DNA from: Octopus sinensis
Lineage: Eukaryota
Length of the DNA stretch: 64,000 nucleotides
Reading direction: 5' to 3'
NCBI RefSeq assembly: GCF_006345805.1
Contig: NC_043008.1
Location: 1,984,001 to 2,048,000, forward strand
Shown: positions 40,768-55,757 of the stretch, in pieces
Numbering within the stretch: the stretch's first letter is position 1
Layout: each line of letters begins with the position of its first letter
Notes under the pieces: generated by a model
Databases searched by the model: none
Seen by the model: the letters and a program-made list of their open reading frames with translations, nothing else
What the model was told of the DNA's origin: nothing
Translations under genes and position numbers: made by a program

Positions 40768-42051
40768 ATTTGCGTTTAGAATATTATATCAGTAAACCCT
40801 CCTGACAGGTAATTTGATATAAAAGGATTACATGTTGCTAGGTTGACATTTTAAACGGACAGAACTAAGGTATGTTAATATGTGCGTGGGTGTTGTGTAT
40901 CTTTCATAACAATAAAATAAAATGAAATAGGAATAACAGAAACGAAACAAAACAAAATGCAAATAAAAACAAATACATGAAACAATATAGCGGTTTTACT
41001 AATTTATGTGTCTGTGTGTGTGTTTGCTTGTTTGAAAGAATAAACACATTCATTTATTTAATTATGCTCGTGGGTGTTTGTATTGTAAAATAAACGAATT
41101 CGTTTATTTGTTTATGCTTGGATACATTAGTGTTTTGCTTTAAAAGTAAAAAATATAAATAATACGTTATGGGCGCTTATGATTTCCGTTTATAATTATT
41201 TATGTGTGTATATGTTAACTTATTTTAAATCGAAGGGAGCATTAAAGTTGGATTTATATTACTACCTGTTATGTTTGCCAGTATAATTGTCAATCTATAT
41301 ATATATATTATTAATTATTATACATATATGTAATTATCAAATCCATGGATACGAAACAATAAACATTATTACTAATTAAACGTTACAAGATAATTTTAAT
41401 AGTTATTTGAAATTATATTATCTATTTAATGTGTATTAATCCAGGGTTTAGAGTAATGTGTACCACGTGATCAGATTGGATGTTTAATATAAGGAATTCA
41501 GGTTTTACCTCATCAAGGATTGTGTTGTTATTAGACCTCTAATTTGTTTATACATTGAAGCAGATATACTATCATAACTGTCAATTCAATAAAATATGTT
41601 ATAATTATTTATCGAAATCTATTGAAAAATATAATATTATATCTTACTTTATTTTTTTTTATTGCATCTTCGAAATACATATTGAGAGGAATGTTACAAA
41701 GATAAAACAGATTCTTGACGATTATCTAGAAGTTTAAGTTTCGAAGACATGATTTGATACAGTTCGTCTACGTGTAAGTTACATCGTCTTTTACCAATAT
41801 TATAGCATTTAGCATGACTGATAATTTTTCATAAAGTTTTTAAACCTTATTAGACAGGTAGAATTTAATTCATTCCTATTCTTAAATGTGAATTCAAGGT
41901 TTTTGCGATTCTACGCTTTGCGTAATTCTCGGTAGACACAATATAAAAATAATATCTACCTTCAGATTCAAACCTACATCTATATACTCTGTACATCATT
42001 TTTCACACTATTTACATTTGACAGATATTTGTCCTCATCTTGTTTCATGTT

Positions 42052-42097
42052 AACACAACGTTTCGGCTGATATATCCTTCAGTCTTCATCAGGTGTC
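42052..42097 (-). ncRNA. Minimal type I hammerhead ribozyme with canonical core, within a Penelope-like terminal fragment (about 41990-42150)
   Basis: GACAC | CUGAUGA | A | GACUG aaggauauau CAGCC | GAA | ACGU | U^ | GUGUU. Stem I is 5 bp (one G-U); stem II is 5 bp with one A-C mismatch. Confidence 0.65.
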
Positions 42098-42150
42098 TTG
42101 GGGAAATTCGAGCCTGCGTTCTCATTCCTAGGATACTTTTCGATGTTCTG

Positions 42151-42565
<415 letters not shown>

Positions 42566-44700
42566 TGTGAGGGCGATAAAACAGTGCTCCGAAATCTATC
42601 CACAAACATCGGAAATAAATACAACGCATGGAGCGAAAAAGTAGCTAACAAAATTCAGGAAATAATGTGCGGTATAACAATTATAGTGATATCTAAAACT
42701 AAAATAAAACTGAGTTGGGTGCAGTTGATAAAACTGAGTTGGGTAAGCTATTGCCTTAATATTACTCGTTTATAAATATATACATATGTATATATATATT
42801 GGCTGAACTGGCAAAATGACCATTCCTAAATATATTTATATATATATCGGGCGTGTTACGACGAATGTATGCATTCTGCATGCAAGCACTCGCTTTCACC
42901 TTCAAATCATCCATCTATCATCTGAAAGTTTAGAGTTTGAGAAGGGAAATCCTTCGCAATGTGTTAGGTGCAAGCGAAGACGTAAAAGTAAGCGTATTTT
43001 GCCCTCAACTGATCTTTGCTGCTTTCCTTTTCTTCTCATAGAACCTGTCGATAACACAATTCTAGTGAGAATACAGTTTCTGTATCCAAGAGGTCTACTT
43101 CTGACTTTGTTCAATTCTATTAAAATAACAGAGGAAATCGATATAGCTGTGTCCTACAAAGTGATTACCTCGTTGATATTGTCACCAGAAAGGTGTGTTT
43201 CAAGCACCTTCCCAAAATTTTATTTTTATTCCTTGGGGACGATTTTCTCTAATTCCTCTGTCTATTCCATTATCATTCTGTTACAACACTGCGTATCTGT
43301 GAACTCCATTGGCTCGTAGTGATCTATTATTTTCATGTGATATATTTCTACTTACAGATGTAATTGTTCACAGTTAATTCAAATATATAATATCAGTTTT
43401 CGTTACAATGTATACAACTATTTACGGTTTAAATCCTTTTGGTCTTCGAACAAATGACTGGATAACAGAATCGCCTGTGTTTGTCACTTTTGTTAAATGG
43501 TTGAGGACATGTATACATCGTGAATGAATATTTGATCGTGGTTGTAGAAAACAGAGTTACAGCTTCTCAATATGCATTCTGATTTTAAATTAATTCGGTA
43601 CGAGAAAAAGGACAGATCCCTGTACTGGAAATAGATTCTTGAGTATCCATTTGAAAAGTTTAGTTTAAGAAATGAAGAAAGACTTGACGCTATAATGGAA
43701 AGAATAATTCGAACGAAAAGCAAAAGAACGTTGTTCAAAGAAATGTTAATATCAAGCGCAGTGGATTTGAAGTAGCTGAAGTGATGATTACGCGAAGTGT
43801 ATTACAAAGAAGAGCATCCTACAAAAGAATAGATCATTATACACACAGCAATTTCTTGAGAAAGCATGAAGAGAAATTCGGCAAGAAACAAGATCTGAGA
43901 AAAAGATAATAAACATCAAATATATAACGTACTAAATAGTGAAAGAGCAACGAACTATAGGTGAGATAGCTTCAACACAACAGAAAAGTGGACTGGTTAT
44001 AGAATGAATAGAAGTGATATGGACAACTATGTAACTATTAGAGGAGAGTATGCGGAAAAAGATATCAAAGTATGTGAAAAAGATATCAAATTTGAAAATT
44101 TCTGGACGTTATTAGGTACACATAAATATTTGGAGTATTTAAAAAAAATATTTGTATATGCAGATATATAGGACTGTTTCATACCGAATATAGAGGAAGT
44201 AAAATATCAACATGGATGGCAACATTAGTAGTAAAAAGATAAAATGGGGAAAAGGAAGCGAATTCAGTACTTATAGATATATTACGTCCCTACTATTGTG
44301 GTGGAAATAATACATTTCACTCAAAGCAGATTAATTCTAATTTTCTGCGGAATAATAATCTATTACTAGAAAATAAAAGTGAATTCAAATGGATGAAATA
44401 TAAACTACACTCTATAAAATATCGAGGTAAAGATGCTGAAGGATGAACAAAAAACGAAGAACTTAGCTCTTCATTGTGCTGCCAAAAAAATGAATGTGAT
44501 AAAGTATTTGAAAGATGGACGTGCGAGTAAATATAAAGGAAGATAGCTAATTTAGATTTAGATATAAATATGAGTAGTCCTTGGTGGATGGAAGTATACT
44601 GGTTTTCAATTAATCATTAGTACATATGACAATAGGTGTTTATTACAGGGATAATCGGTTTCTCCAGCATATTTCGATTATATTATTATTATTCATCATC

Positions 44701-44785
<85 letters not shown>

Positions 44786-44786
<1 letters not shown>

Positions 44787-45283
44787 GTGAGAGAGAGAGG
44801 AGCGGGGCATACCATCAAAGTGACACTGGGGTACAAATATGCGAAGCCAATTATACCCATCATAACTACCCGTCTGGTAAGTGTGCACCAGGTACCTGCG
44901 TCACAACAATATGTGCGCGACATGGGGATCACATATCAAGATAAACTGCGCATTTTCTTGAGGTTCATTAGCCCATCTCAGTTTCCTAAATAAGTTTTGT
45001 TTTAAGGATGATGAACAAAAGACACGTTTCCAGGTGTGACCTATTCAGACCCCAAAGAATTCATCTGGACACATGGCTATGATGATCCCCCACTACTTCT
45101 GCTTGTAATCAGTGATGCATATATCGTCAGCCACCAAGGGACATGCTCATCTGACTATGGTTAAACAACTAAGAAGCAAATCTGTGGTATTGAGCAGAAT
45201 ATTTGCCGTAGCTCCAAGAAAAACAATGTACACGGTAGCACTTCCAATCAGTTAAGATGAGAAGCCATGATAGTCACTGCCTG
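44786..45283 (-). mobile_element. (AAT)n-tailed non-LTR/SINE-like element
   Basis: On the minus strand it ends ..ctctctcactt(AAT)n, with the tail at 44704-44785. A second copy lies at 21030-21425. Confidence 0.65.
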
Positions 45284-45602
45284 ATATTAATATTATTTAC
45301 TTTTAATCTGCATGATTGTTACCATCATCTTCCAGACACACTCAGCGTCCTGGCGCGAGTGAAAGATAAGCGATGTTACATTATGAATGAAAGCCTGGGG
45401 AGGGGACGTGGCAGCAACAGTAACGATATACATTCATGTAATACATGAAAGGCATTTAAATTGATAGGGTTTTCCTAAGGGAGTTCTCTGCAACATGATT
45501 CTCCTGGGATATTATCTAGATACCGTTGACATCCCTTTATTATTATGCTTGTTGTTGTTGTTGATGTTGTATATGGTGTTGATGTTTATTAATAAAATAG
45601 CT

Positions 45603-45700
45603 ATTACTACTACTACTACTGCTGCTACTACTACTAGTACTACTACTACTACTGCTGCGGATACTACTACTACTACCACTACTACTACTACTACTACTAC
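45603..45700. repeat. (ACT)n microsatellite
   Basis: Directly visible. Confidence 0.9.
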
Positions 45701-47255
45701 TATCAACATCATTCTTTTCATATTTGTTATTAAGTCTTTATTACTAACAACATTAGTAATTAACGTATTTGCGTCATAGATTTCTCGGTTATACGATATC
45801 AACATTATCGCCAGAAGCAAACTGATAGACATATTAAATTAATATCTTGAACAGTTCTTAGTTGAAGATTATATGCATTAATCTTCAATGTCCGGCGAAG
45901 TTGAGTGATATTTCCTTTAATACAGACATGATATGTATGCAAATGCATTGACTTCAACCAGAAATTTTAAAGTCTTTACTTCACTGATTCAATGAACTTT
46001 AATTACAATATAACCTCTACCAAAAATCTTTATCAACAGACATTCATTTATAAATGCTATGGAATATTATCACTAAATTTATGCAAAATATGCAGATCTT
46101 CTGGTTTTTGTTGTTATTTTCGCATAAAAGGAAAAAAAAAATCTTTAGATTATTTCTGAATGAATGAGTTTTCAGGAATTTATCAAGCGATAATGACCTG
46201 TAGCTTTCACTTTGAAAGCTAAAAAAAAACAGCAAAAAGGGATGTGAAGTCTCTTTAAATGTTAATGATCCCAATCATAAAAATTGTAATTGTTTTATTA
46301 TCATTATTATTGATTTCATTCGTACATTGAAGATTTCGATACGTTTTTGAACTTTATACATTTTAGAGAAGAACCATCGTCGATCTAACAAAATAAGTTT
46401 GATAATATTCATAAAGAGAAACAGAGCCAAAATAATCCATATGTAGGTTTGTGTTATATATCCACTGAAATAATTCGGTGTGAAACTAAAATTGGCATAC
46501 GCTATTTATACGTGCTATGTAGTGTTAATTAATGAGATGGATGTGGCTAGTGATAAAGATAAAACAAAGTAGGGTTTGAAACAGAATTTAGATCACTGAA
46601 ATCAGCTCATAAACAGTAAATTGCATATCATTAATAGTAAGTCTAAAACAATATTAACACAAGTTTTGTTGGCGGATTTAAGTCCATTTAGAAGCAAACG
46701 CATGCGACATTATGAGCGACATTTAGAAGACGGGGCTAAGGCCTGGAAAAATGGATTCGGCCTCATGTTTGGTAAGGACGAAAAAAAGATAATCATTGAA
46801 TATGAGAAAAAGAACCAAAGTTAAAATGTAAACTTTTATAGATTTTAACGTGTATTGTAGAAGTGATAAGTTTGTGAAACAGTTCCAGAAGAAAACTATC
46901 TATATCAAAAGAACGAGTTTGATATGTTATGTTGAAAATATATTTTGAATCTTAAAGTGAAATAGCTTCAGTACACCGATACCTCGAATCCTCACCGAAA
47001 GTCTGGGAAGAAAACTTCAGTTTTGTCATTGTTACTTTTCATCCGGGAGTTCATTCGCTATGAAATGCGATTGATGAACATCGTAATGGGGGTACTATTC
47101 AAATGATATTTATTTTCGTCATTACTGCCTCGCACTTATTCCACTACTTGAAAAATTGGAATACACTTATTAGAAAATAACTGCTATAGTGCAAGTACAT
47201 TTCGATGCTAAGTTTCAGTCATTTCATACAGTTGCAAAAAGTGGATATATATATG

Positions 47256-47293
<38 letters not shown>

Positions 47294-47322
47294 GTGTGTG
47301 TGTGTGTGTGTCCGTGTGTGTT

Positions 47323-47353
<31 letters not shown>

Positions 47354-47358
47354 ATATG

Positions 47359-47389
<31 letters not shown>

Positions 47390-50262
47390 ATAAACATGTA
47401 AGCATAGACGTATATACATTTGCTTACATATGAAAATAACGGACGAAAGTGACTCGGCACATAAAAGAATACAGAATAATTTTTATAAGTAGTAGATACA
47501 GAATCAAAGGAAAAAATTCAGATATTGAAATGTGACACACAAAATAGAATAAGCGAAATGATTTGAATGAATGATATCAAATGATAAGTGAATTAGCTTT
47601 CTGTTAAATAAGACATAAGCCTAATATTACTTGCAGCAAGCGACATGAATGTAATTTTAAAATGCAATATTTTGTAAGATGCTTTATAGTGCAAATATAA
47701 TAACACATTATCAATGATCTCCTTTCCAGAGATGGGGCAGCGAGTTTGTCTCAGATTTTCTTCTCAACATATGCAAAACAATTTCTAATGAGTTTAAAGT
47801 CAGATGTTCTCCGATATTTCTAATCTGCAGTTCAATAAATGCAGCCAAACATTTATTGTTGAAAGACTGTTTTTAACTTATAAGGTCAGTGATTGTTATA
47901 CTTGCCCCAATTATGCACAATCTGAGGTTATCACCAACTGGCATTTAAAAGAAATGCTATGAAATATTTATTGGGAATCTCTTAATTGTGTACAATTACG
48001 AATTAACGGAGTAACTCTAACAGAATTTAGGTAAAACAAGATCAAAATTATGCAACGGATATACTCTCCCTAAAAGCAAATTTCCAATTGCCTCTTACTT
48101 AACACTGATTTAAAGTTCAATAATTCGTGCACTCTTCGAGACATCCGAAGAGAATATAATTGAATATTATTTACAGCTGAAATAGTGAGTAGAGAATATT
48201 ACTCTTGAGTGACTTATTTGGCAACAACCCGAAATCCTCAAGAAAACACAAAGACTCACATGGTTAATCATAGGTGAAAAATGGAAGTAAAAATATATAT
48301 TTCACCCACCTCTTCTTTTATTTTTAAAATCCGGTCTACTTTTTGCTACATACATCAACTATGTTCAACAACACACGTTATATTAAGTAGCGCAGTTTTA
48401 AACAGCAGCGTATCGTCCACGTTCAGTTTTCAAGTTATTTGGAGATTAATAGAAATCGAACGCCAGAGAACTACATGGGTGTCATTAGCAGATTAACACA
48501 GCCATAAATAGATGATATACGAATTTGATGGGAAAGAGTGCTTCTAGGACGGCTTTCAGAGACGAATGATCGCTCCGTCCGTTTGAGGCGGTATATTATT
48601 CAGAATTTCAAATAGCCACAAATGATCTCATTAAACAAAATGGTTATACAAAGAAACTTGAATTAATCTCATTTAGGCAAGAAAAGTATGAAACGGTATA
48701 CGACTGATGGCATGAATTATGTCGAGGCGTATGTCAATTAAAAGTTGGTAGGCAATCCGAAATATTCCCCTAAAATCCACCTGTTGCTAAACTACGCAAA
48801 TTTCAAGAATTCTGAGTACCAATGTGTATAAGGAAATCCAAATGCCTTTCCTTATTTTTATACATCATATACATATATATATATATAAATATATTTATAA
48901 TATATATGGTCATATATAAATAGGTAGATATATGAATGTATGTGCATATATATGTGCGTATATATATATATATGTGTGTGTGTGTGTATTATGATATATG
49001 AATGAATGTTTATATACACATATATGTGCGTGTATATACATATGTATGTGTATATTTATATGTGTGTATATATATGTATATATCAATGATGTTCATATGC
49101 TAGAAATTACATATCTTCTTACAAAATATATCCTTTTAGAATTTTAAATAGATGTTGCTTAGACGGCATTATATTAAGTCTAAATATATTACAAACATAT
49201 TCATAAGAGTTGTAATGCATTTTCTCCCGTAGGTTTGCGAGATATATATCTCGGTTCTCAAGATCATTTGCGATATGTTTATATTTCTTGTAACGTGTTT
49301 TTCATAACACATTCGGAGAAGAAAGGTGACCGTTCATGGCACTTTTCTATGTCTGCGAAATCTGATAAAAATAAATGAGGTATATATCAGCTTTGAATAC
49401 ATAGTTAGAAACACTACACCATGGACTACAGAGCTGAAGAGAACCAAACTGAATATGCACTAATCTTCCACCAATGAACGCTAATGTGTTTTAAGCTTTC
49501 TTAGCGAAAGATACGCTAGTGACAGAATGTAGCCTCTCTATGAAAATGATCCATGCTATTTCCTATTACTTCTCATTCTATGGACACCATTCATGCAAAG
49601 CTTGGAGAATGTGGATTAATCTCAGAAACATTTCCTGCGGGAATTAGCTTATTCAAAATATATTCTATTTGAAATCATACACTTCCAAACAATATTCAGA
49701 TATATATCCAGCAACTATCTCAGGTATCCAGGTGCGGCCTTAAAAAGAATGAGATAATATATATATATATATACAGCTATTGGTAAAACAGTAAGTACAG
49801 ACACCCACATAGAATCAAGTCGGACCGAATACATATTTATTAATAACTGCAGATACACTGTCTAAATACTCGGAGCACGAGAGATATAAAGCAAAAGGTA
49901 TGCAGACCTTAAATAGAGGTATAATCCATTCCTTATGTCTCTTAGCGTTTCAATAGAAAAAGAGTTCAATTTCCCTAATTTATATATCTAGATAAAGTAC
50001 TACTTTGTCAAATAAATAGACAATGCCCCTCACAGAGAGTTTCATTATCAGCCAAAATAAAAGATCCCGAATTACGTAGAAGTCTATAAGTTCAAAGAAT
50101 GAGTGGCGAAGAAATGATATATACATACATACGTACATGCATTCATACATGTATGTATATATATATATATATATATATAGTATATATATATATATATATA
50201 TATAGTTTGAGAAAAAGTGAGACGTCGCAAGTTTTGATAATTCATTATTAGCGTTTTCATTT

Positions 50263-50308
<46 letters not shown>

Positions 50309-51541
50309 GCACACACACATCCATACACCCATACGTATATAGATACATATAAGCATTGGCTCGGCAATCATAAAATGCATTAGCCGAATACAACATCTCA
50401 ACAAATTCACATATTCACATTAAATGTATGTTGTAAACAGATGCCCCAGAGGTAATATATTAGAAAACATAAGACACAATTCTAAAGAAAATCGCCATAT
50501 TTGCGTTCGTTGTTTAATAGATACTATAGGTTATTTCAAGTTAATCGGAAATAGATATCATTTTCCAAGCATCCATGATTTAATATGTGTGACGCTATTC
50601 AACATCAAAGAGATCTGTGCTTTGGGAACTAGAGTAGTTTAGCTTCTTTCAATTCTGTTTCACCAGTACTGAATGCAGACACTTTGATACACAAGTTACA
50701 ACACAAAGATAACATTTTCCAGCGAATAATGTCTGTATTGCAGTCAAAAATCGCAATTTCTTTTATCTGTAGTAAAGTTTATAAATACAGACTGCTCTGA
50801 ATACTTCTTTGAGTAGGAATACAGTGTAATTCTGAAGGCTGCCTAGTTATGTGACATTAGGAGAAGAAGCAAAGCGAGAGGTTTATGTAATTGAAATATC
50901 ACTGGGAAATCGTACACACAAATCTAGCTATCGTGTTAAAAACGGATGCCAACGATAATGTAAGGCTGGGGCCAATGTAATTATTTAAAGAACATTTATT
51001 CATGCATTTAATGACATTTATCACAAGGTTCGATTGAGATTCATCCAGAAATAAACATTGATGAACATTGAACACATGGTTGCACACGCACTCATAGAAA
51101 CGCAGGTACAACCACTTGTATGTATTATGTATGTATGTATGTATATATGTATATATATGTTTATATGTGTGTGTATATCTATATATGTATGTATAAATAT
51201 ACAAATATATATGCATATATATATATTATATATATATATATATATACTAAGCAATAAGGGTTTAGCAACGAGTTATATATATATATATATATATACATAG
51301 ACATATATATATATATATATATGTGTGTGCGTATGTATGTATATGATTATATATATATGTTTAAATGTGCACATTTCATGAGACTATGTACATGTGTTGC
51401 ATCCACATGCATACATAATCTTATATGCTACAGGACGCTTTTAGCGATATATATTATATGGTATAAAAACAGTTTATGGTTCATTACTACAAATTCCCCA
51501 AAGAAATCTGTGGAAATTAAGTACATGGTTGGCAGGCATGT

Positions 51542-51587
<46 letters not shown>

Positions 51588-51853
51588 ATATATATAGATA
51601 TACACTTTGACATCAACATAACCGCAGTCAAGTGACTGAAACAAGTGTAAGACATAATTTATCTTTTATTTGTTTCAATCAAGAAACGGCAGCAGAATCG
51701 ACTCCAGTAGTTTTTAAGCCGTGGACCTATGATATCGGTTGTTTTAAGTTACTGGAGTAACTTAAGTGGAGTTTGGGGACAAACATATACACGAAAACAC
51801 AGGCATCCATTGTTTGCTTTCTAAATTCTAATATACATATATAGATACAAATA

Positions 51854-51900
<47 letters not shown>

Positions 51901-52309
51901 AAATACACTCACACGCACACAGATATACACGCACGCACACACACACCCATATATATATATATATATACAGTATCGAAAAAAATAAGAGGACGATTAATAT
52001 TCTTTTAAATGTCGGAAAGTTAGTGAACCTACAAATTCGTAATTAGTTTCCTAAACACGGTTAACCAATAGCTAGATTCTCTGAAAAATCTTCGTTTGTA
52101 CAATGGTCCTAATAAAAGTTAATACTAACACTAGTTTCGTCCAAATTTCTCGCGTGAAAAATAAGAGAACGATTAGATTCCTTCAGAAATTTCTGGAAAT
52201 CTGAAGCACTGTTTACATTTGCAGGCTCAACGTTACTACCGTCTGACTATTGTGCTAGCTTCCGAACATGGTACTGCCGGCGTCCGAATAAAAAAAGAAG
52301 TTTCAGGAA

Positions 52310-52980
52310 TGACTCTCTCGGCTATTTCACGGATACTTAAGGTGATCTAAGAGTGTAGTTTCACGTTTTCTTCAGATCTCTAAAGAAACTAAAAGTTTTG
52401 AACCGAAAAAGAAGGCAACTGGTAGACCACGCAAAACCACCGTACGAGACGATCGAGCCATGAAAGACTACGTATATAAGGATCATTTCGAGACTGCGGC
52501 TAGAATTTCTAAGAAAATAAAAGTAAATAATAGCACAGAACTCAGCTGATTTACCATGTCTCGTCATCTGAAGGAATTTGGATTAAATACTTGTTCCACG
52601 GCCTGTTCATTTGCAGAACCTCATGTACACAGGAGGGATGAGAATTTTTCAAAAGTTCCTTTTAGCGATGAAAGCAAATTCGATTTAGTAGGTTCAGATT
52701 ATAGACAGAATGTTAGGCGCTTCATAGGGTATTGGCTAAAATACGCGTGCCCGAACAAAATCTGCTAATTTTGGAGGAGGAAGCGTCATGAAGTAGGGAA
52801 CGAATTCTTCTGAAAAATGTGGCCCTTAAACGGCTGTAAAATTGACTGTAATAATAAATTCTATGTAGATCTTTTATCATCCACATTTATTCGAATTTTC
52901 TTGGACATACAGTTATAAATAGTTTAATATCCAAAGAAGTGAACCCAGGAATACTCACCGGAATTTGAATGTTTTAACTC
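52310..52980 (+). pseudogene. Decayed Tc1-like transposase
   Basis: Frameshifted translation: GMTLSAISRILK..SVVSRFL..TGRPRKTTVRDDRAM..TAARI..MSRHLKEFGL..FSDESKFDLVGSD..GGGSVM. This covers the paired-like HTH, the GRPR motif and the first catalytic D. Confidence 0.85.
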
Positions 52981-53424
52981 TAGTAAACCATTCGATATAC
53001 TTAGCAACAAATTGGATTACAGTACAATACTTGAACTGTAAACGCCTAGATATATTTCTCTTAATGATGGAAAATGCCACGTCAACACTATGAGAAAAAC
53101 CATTATGAATGTTGGCAATCTAGTAAATGTATGTATATAGCCAAAATTAACGCACTTGAGGAATCTGAAACGCTTATAGCATCTCGGTTGCAAATACCGA
53201 CCAAATAATATGTATACACTAATATACAAACACATATATGTACATATAAAATCATATATATATATATAAGTCAGGATAAGTGTGTTAGTGGAATATGTTG
53301 CATTCTCATCATATATTTTCAAGATTCTCCATAAATACATTATAGGCTACGTCCTCTTATCCACGATGGGGTCATCGAGAAATTACAAATCAACACAGAA
53401 GTACGGATATAAAGAAAGACACCA

Positions 53425-53531
<107 letters not shown>

Positions 53532-53655
53532 ATATATATATATACAAATATTGTATTGCAGATATATGAAAATTGTTTGTAGATATAGTTACAGAATATA
53601 ATTATACTAATAGAAAATTAGTTTGTGAAAGTTATAGTAGTGGTGTAGATAATGG

Positions 53656-53711
53656 AATTAATTGATGCCATTAAACAAATTAATTGATGCCATTAAACAA
53701 ATTAATTGATG
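53656..53711. repeat. 22-bp tandem repeat, 2.5 copies
   Basis: aattaattgatgccattaaaca twice plus a partial copy. Confidence 0.9.
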
Positions 53712-54980
53712 ACGTACTGTTTAGGTAAAATGTTTTATATTAATCGCCGCGAATAAAGTGTCACAAATTAGTTGACATTTCAAATAGCAGTAGAGAGTGT
53801 GTACTTTTGTTTTCTTTTTCTTGCTGTAACAAATATAACGAGATTATGCAACTGAAAACGCATGCGTAGAACTGCAACGTAACAGAAAATGCAAACTTCC
53901 TGAGCACTTATTAAAGATGTTCGCTACGATTTTGATCCTGATCATACATATTTTGGAATACAGATGGAAATTATGGACATTGCAGAGGATGTATCTCAGA
54001 AAGAAAAGGACGAATGCTACCCCAGAAAGGACGGTTGGAAATAGTTGTATATAATTTCGCCTGCAAACATTAAATCAATACATTTTGACGAGAAATTCTC
54101 GATTAAGTTGGAGTGTATGCTTTCCGTATATATTTGTTTTTATTAATAAGTCTATGTACAGCCAAATTCAATACCCACCGAATTTACGTAGAATTCTAGA
54201 AGTGTTGCCCATTCAAGTATGATTTCTTTTCAGGTCAACGTCTTTCCGCATTACATGTTCGAACGATCTATGAACCTGAGACACGCACTAATGATATTTA
54301 GGATGTTGACATCACAAAACTGATCATTCAATTATACGATCTCCATGTTAAAAGTAAAATAGATGTTAGTGACGTTTAACAATGTGAATCAGCTGGTAGT
54401 TAGTGTAGAGTACTGTGAGTATAATTAGTAGTAAGCTGTCTGTTATGTAAAACAAAAATCCAAATCGCTATACCCATATAGTTATAAACTGTGCCGATAA
54501 AACATTGGAAGTGATCGTGTGTGGTTGATTTTTTCCAGCGGAAAATTGTTCCACCGTTTAAATTGACACGAAGAAACGGTTATATACCTTTTATCAATTT
54601 GGTATTGCAAAATAATTTATGTCATAATCTTAGTTAAATATTTTCAGAAAGTATCAATTTCTTAGACCCAAGTATTTTCAAACGAAACGAAGGTAGATCT
54701 AGATTGACATTTTTCTTAAAGATGTTATAGAATGGAGGCATTAATATTAAAAACATTTTCCGAGATTGCCGTACAAGTCTGTAGTTACGTTCACTCAAGA
54801 GATTAATGGAACAAAATACCAATACTGAATTACTTCTCTACTCTATGATTTTTCCATTCCATGCAGGTAATGGTAACTTACCTGTTGCCTCTTTAATACT
54901 ATTATTATTTGTTTATTATTATTATTATTATATTATTATTATTATCATATTATCATTATTATTATTATTATATTATTATT

Positions 54981-55757
54981 CTATGTTTGACTTTGCTTTA
55001 TATTTGTACAAGTTGGCTCCAAGTCTCACCCAGAGACCTCAAGAGACAACAGGGTTGGAAGTTCATGTTGTTGTTATGCTGCTAGTGGCCATATATTTGG
55101 GGGGGGGGGATGTTGTACTAATGAATGTCTAAAAAAAAAGTTTTTTTTTTTTTTTTTTTTTAAACCGAAAAAATTATGGTGTTTTAAACCTTGAGGTTAC
55201 ATAGAGAGTATTTTGCGTAGGATATGAGCAGTTCCCATGAGCACTATCTTTTGAACTTCTGCCATTTTTGGGGTTCCTGGTATCTGAGTTAGGTAGCTAT
55301 CAGCCCCTTTTGCTATCATTCCCAGGGCACCTATGACAACAGGTATTGTTTGAGTCTTCAGCTTCCACATTTTGCTGATTTCTATTTCAAGATCTTTATA
55401 TTTGCTAAGTTTTTGGTAGGTCCTGACAGATACGTTATATCGATTGGGACAGTCATATCAATGAGGAGGCATGTTCTTTGTTTGAAGTCTTTCAATATGA
55501 TGTCTGACCTATTTGCATCTATCTTCCTGTCAGTTGAATGGGTGAAGTTCCAGAGGAGTGAGATGTGGTCATTTTCAAGCACTGGGGGGGGTTGTGTTCC
55601 ACCAGTTTTTTCATGGGGCAAATCCAGGTTTTTACAGATTACCCAGTGGACTATATCGTGCCTGTTGAGCTACTCTGTGGCGCTAGAAGACTGCACTTGG
55701 AGACCACATGGTCAATGGTTTCATTTTGTTGCTTGCATACACGACACGTTGGAATGC
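54981..55757 (-). mobile_element. 5'-truncated R4/Dong-clade non-LTR retrotransposon (CCHC knuckle + RLE endonuclease C-terminus + 3'UTR) inserted in (AAT)n
   Basis: Minus strand with frameshifts: PTCRVCKQQNETIDHVVSKC..RHD..HWVIC..PVLENDHISLLWNF..TDRKIDANRSDII..TCLLIDMTVP..KLSKYKDLEIEISKMWKL..IPVVIGALGMI..QKIVLMGTAHILRKILSM*, stop at 55197-55199. (ATT)n lies on both flanks (54895-54980, 55758-55980). Confidence 0.92.

Noticed and set aside
42816-43319. 167-aa ORF, and a possible RTE RT relic on the opposite strand
   Set aside because: The + ORF has no domain, and the minus-strand RT resemblance is too weak to call.
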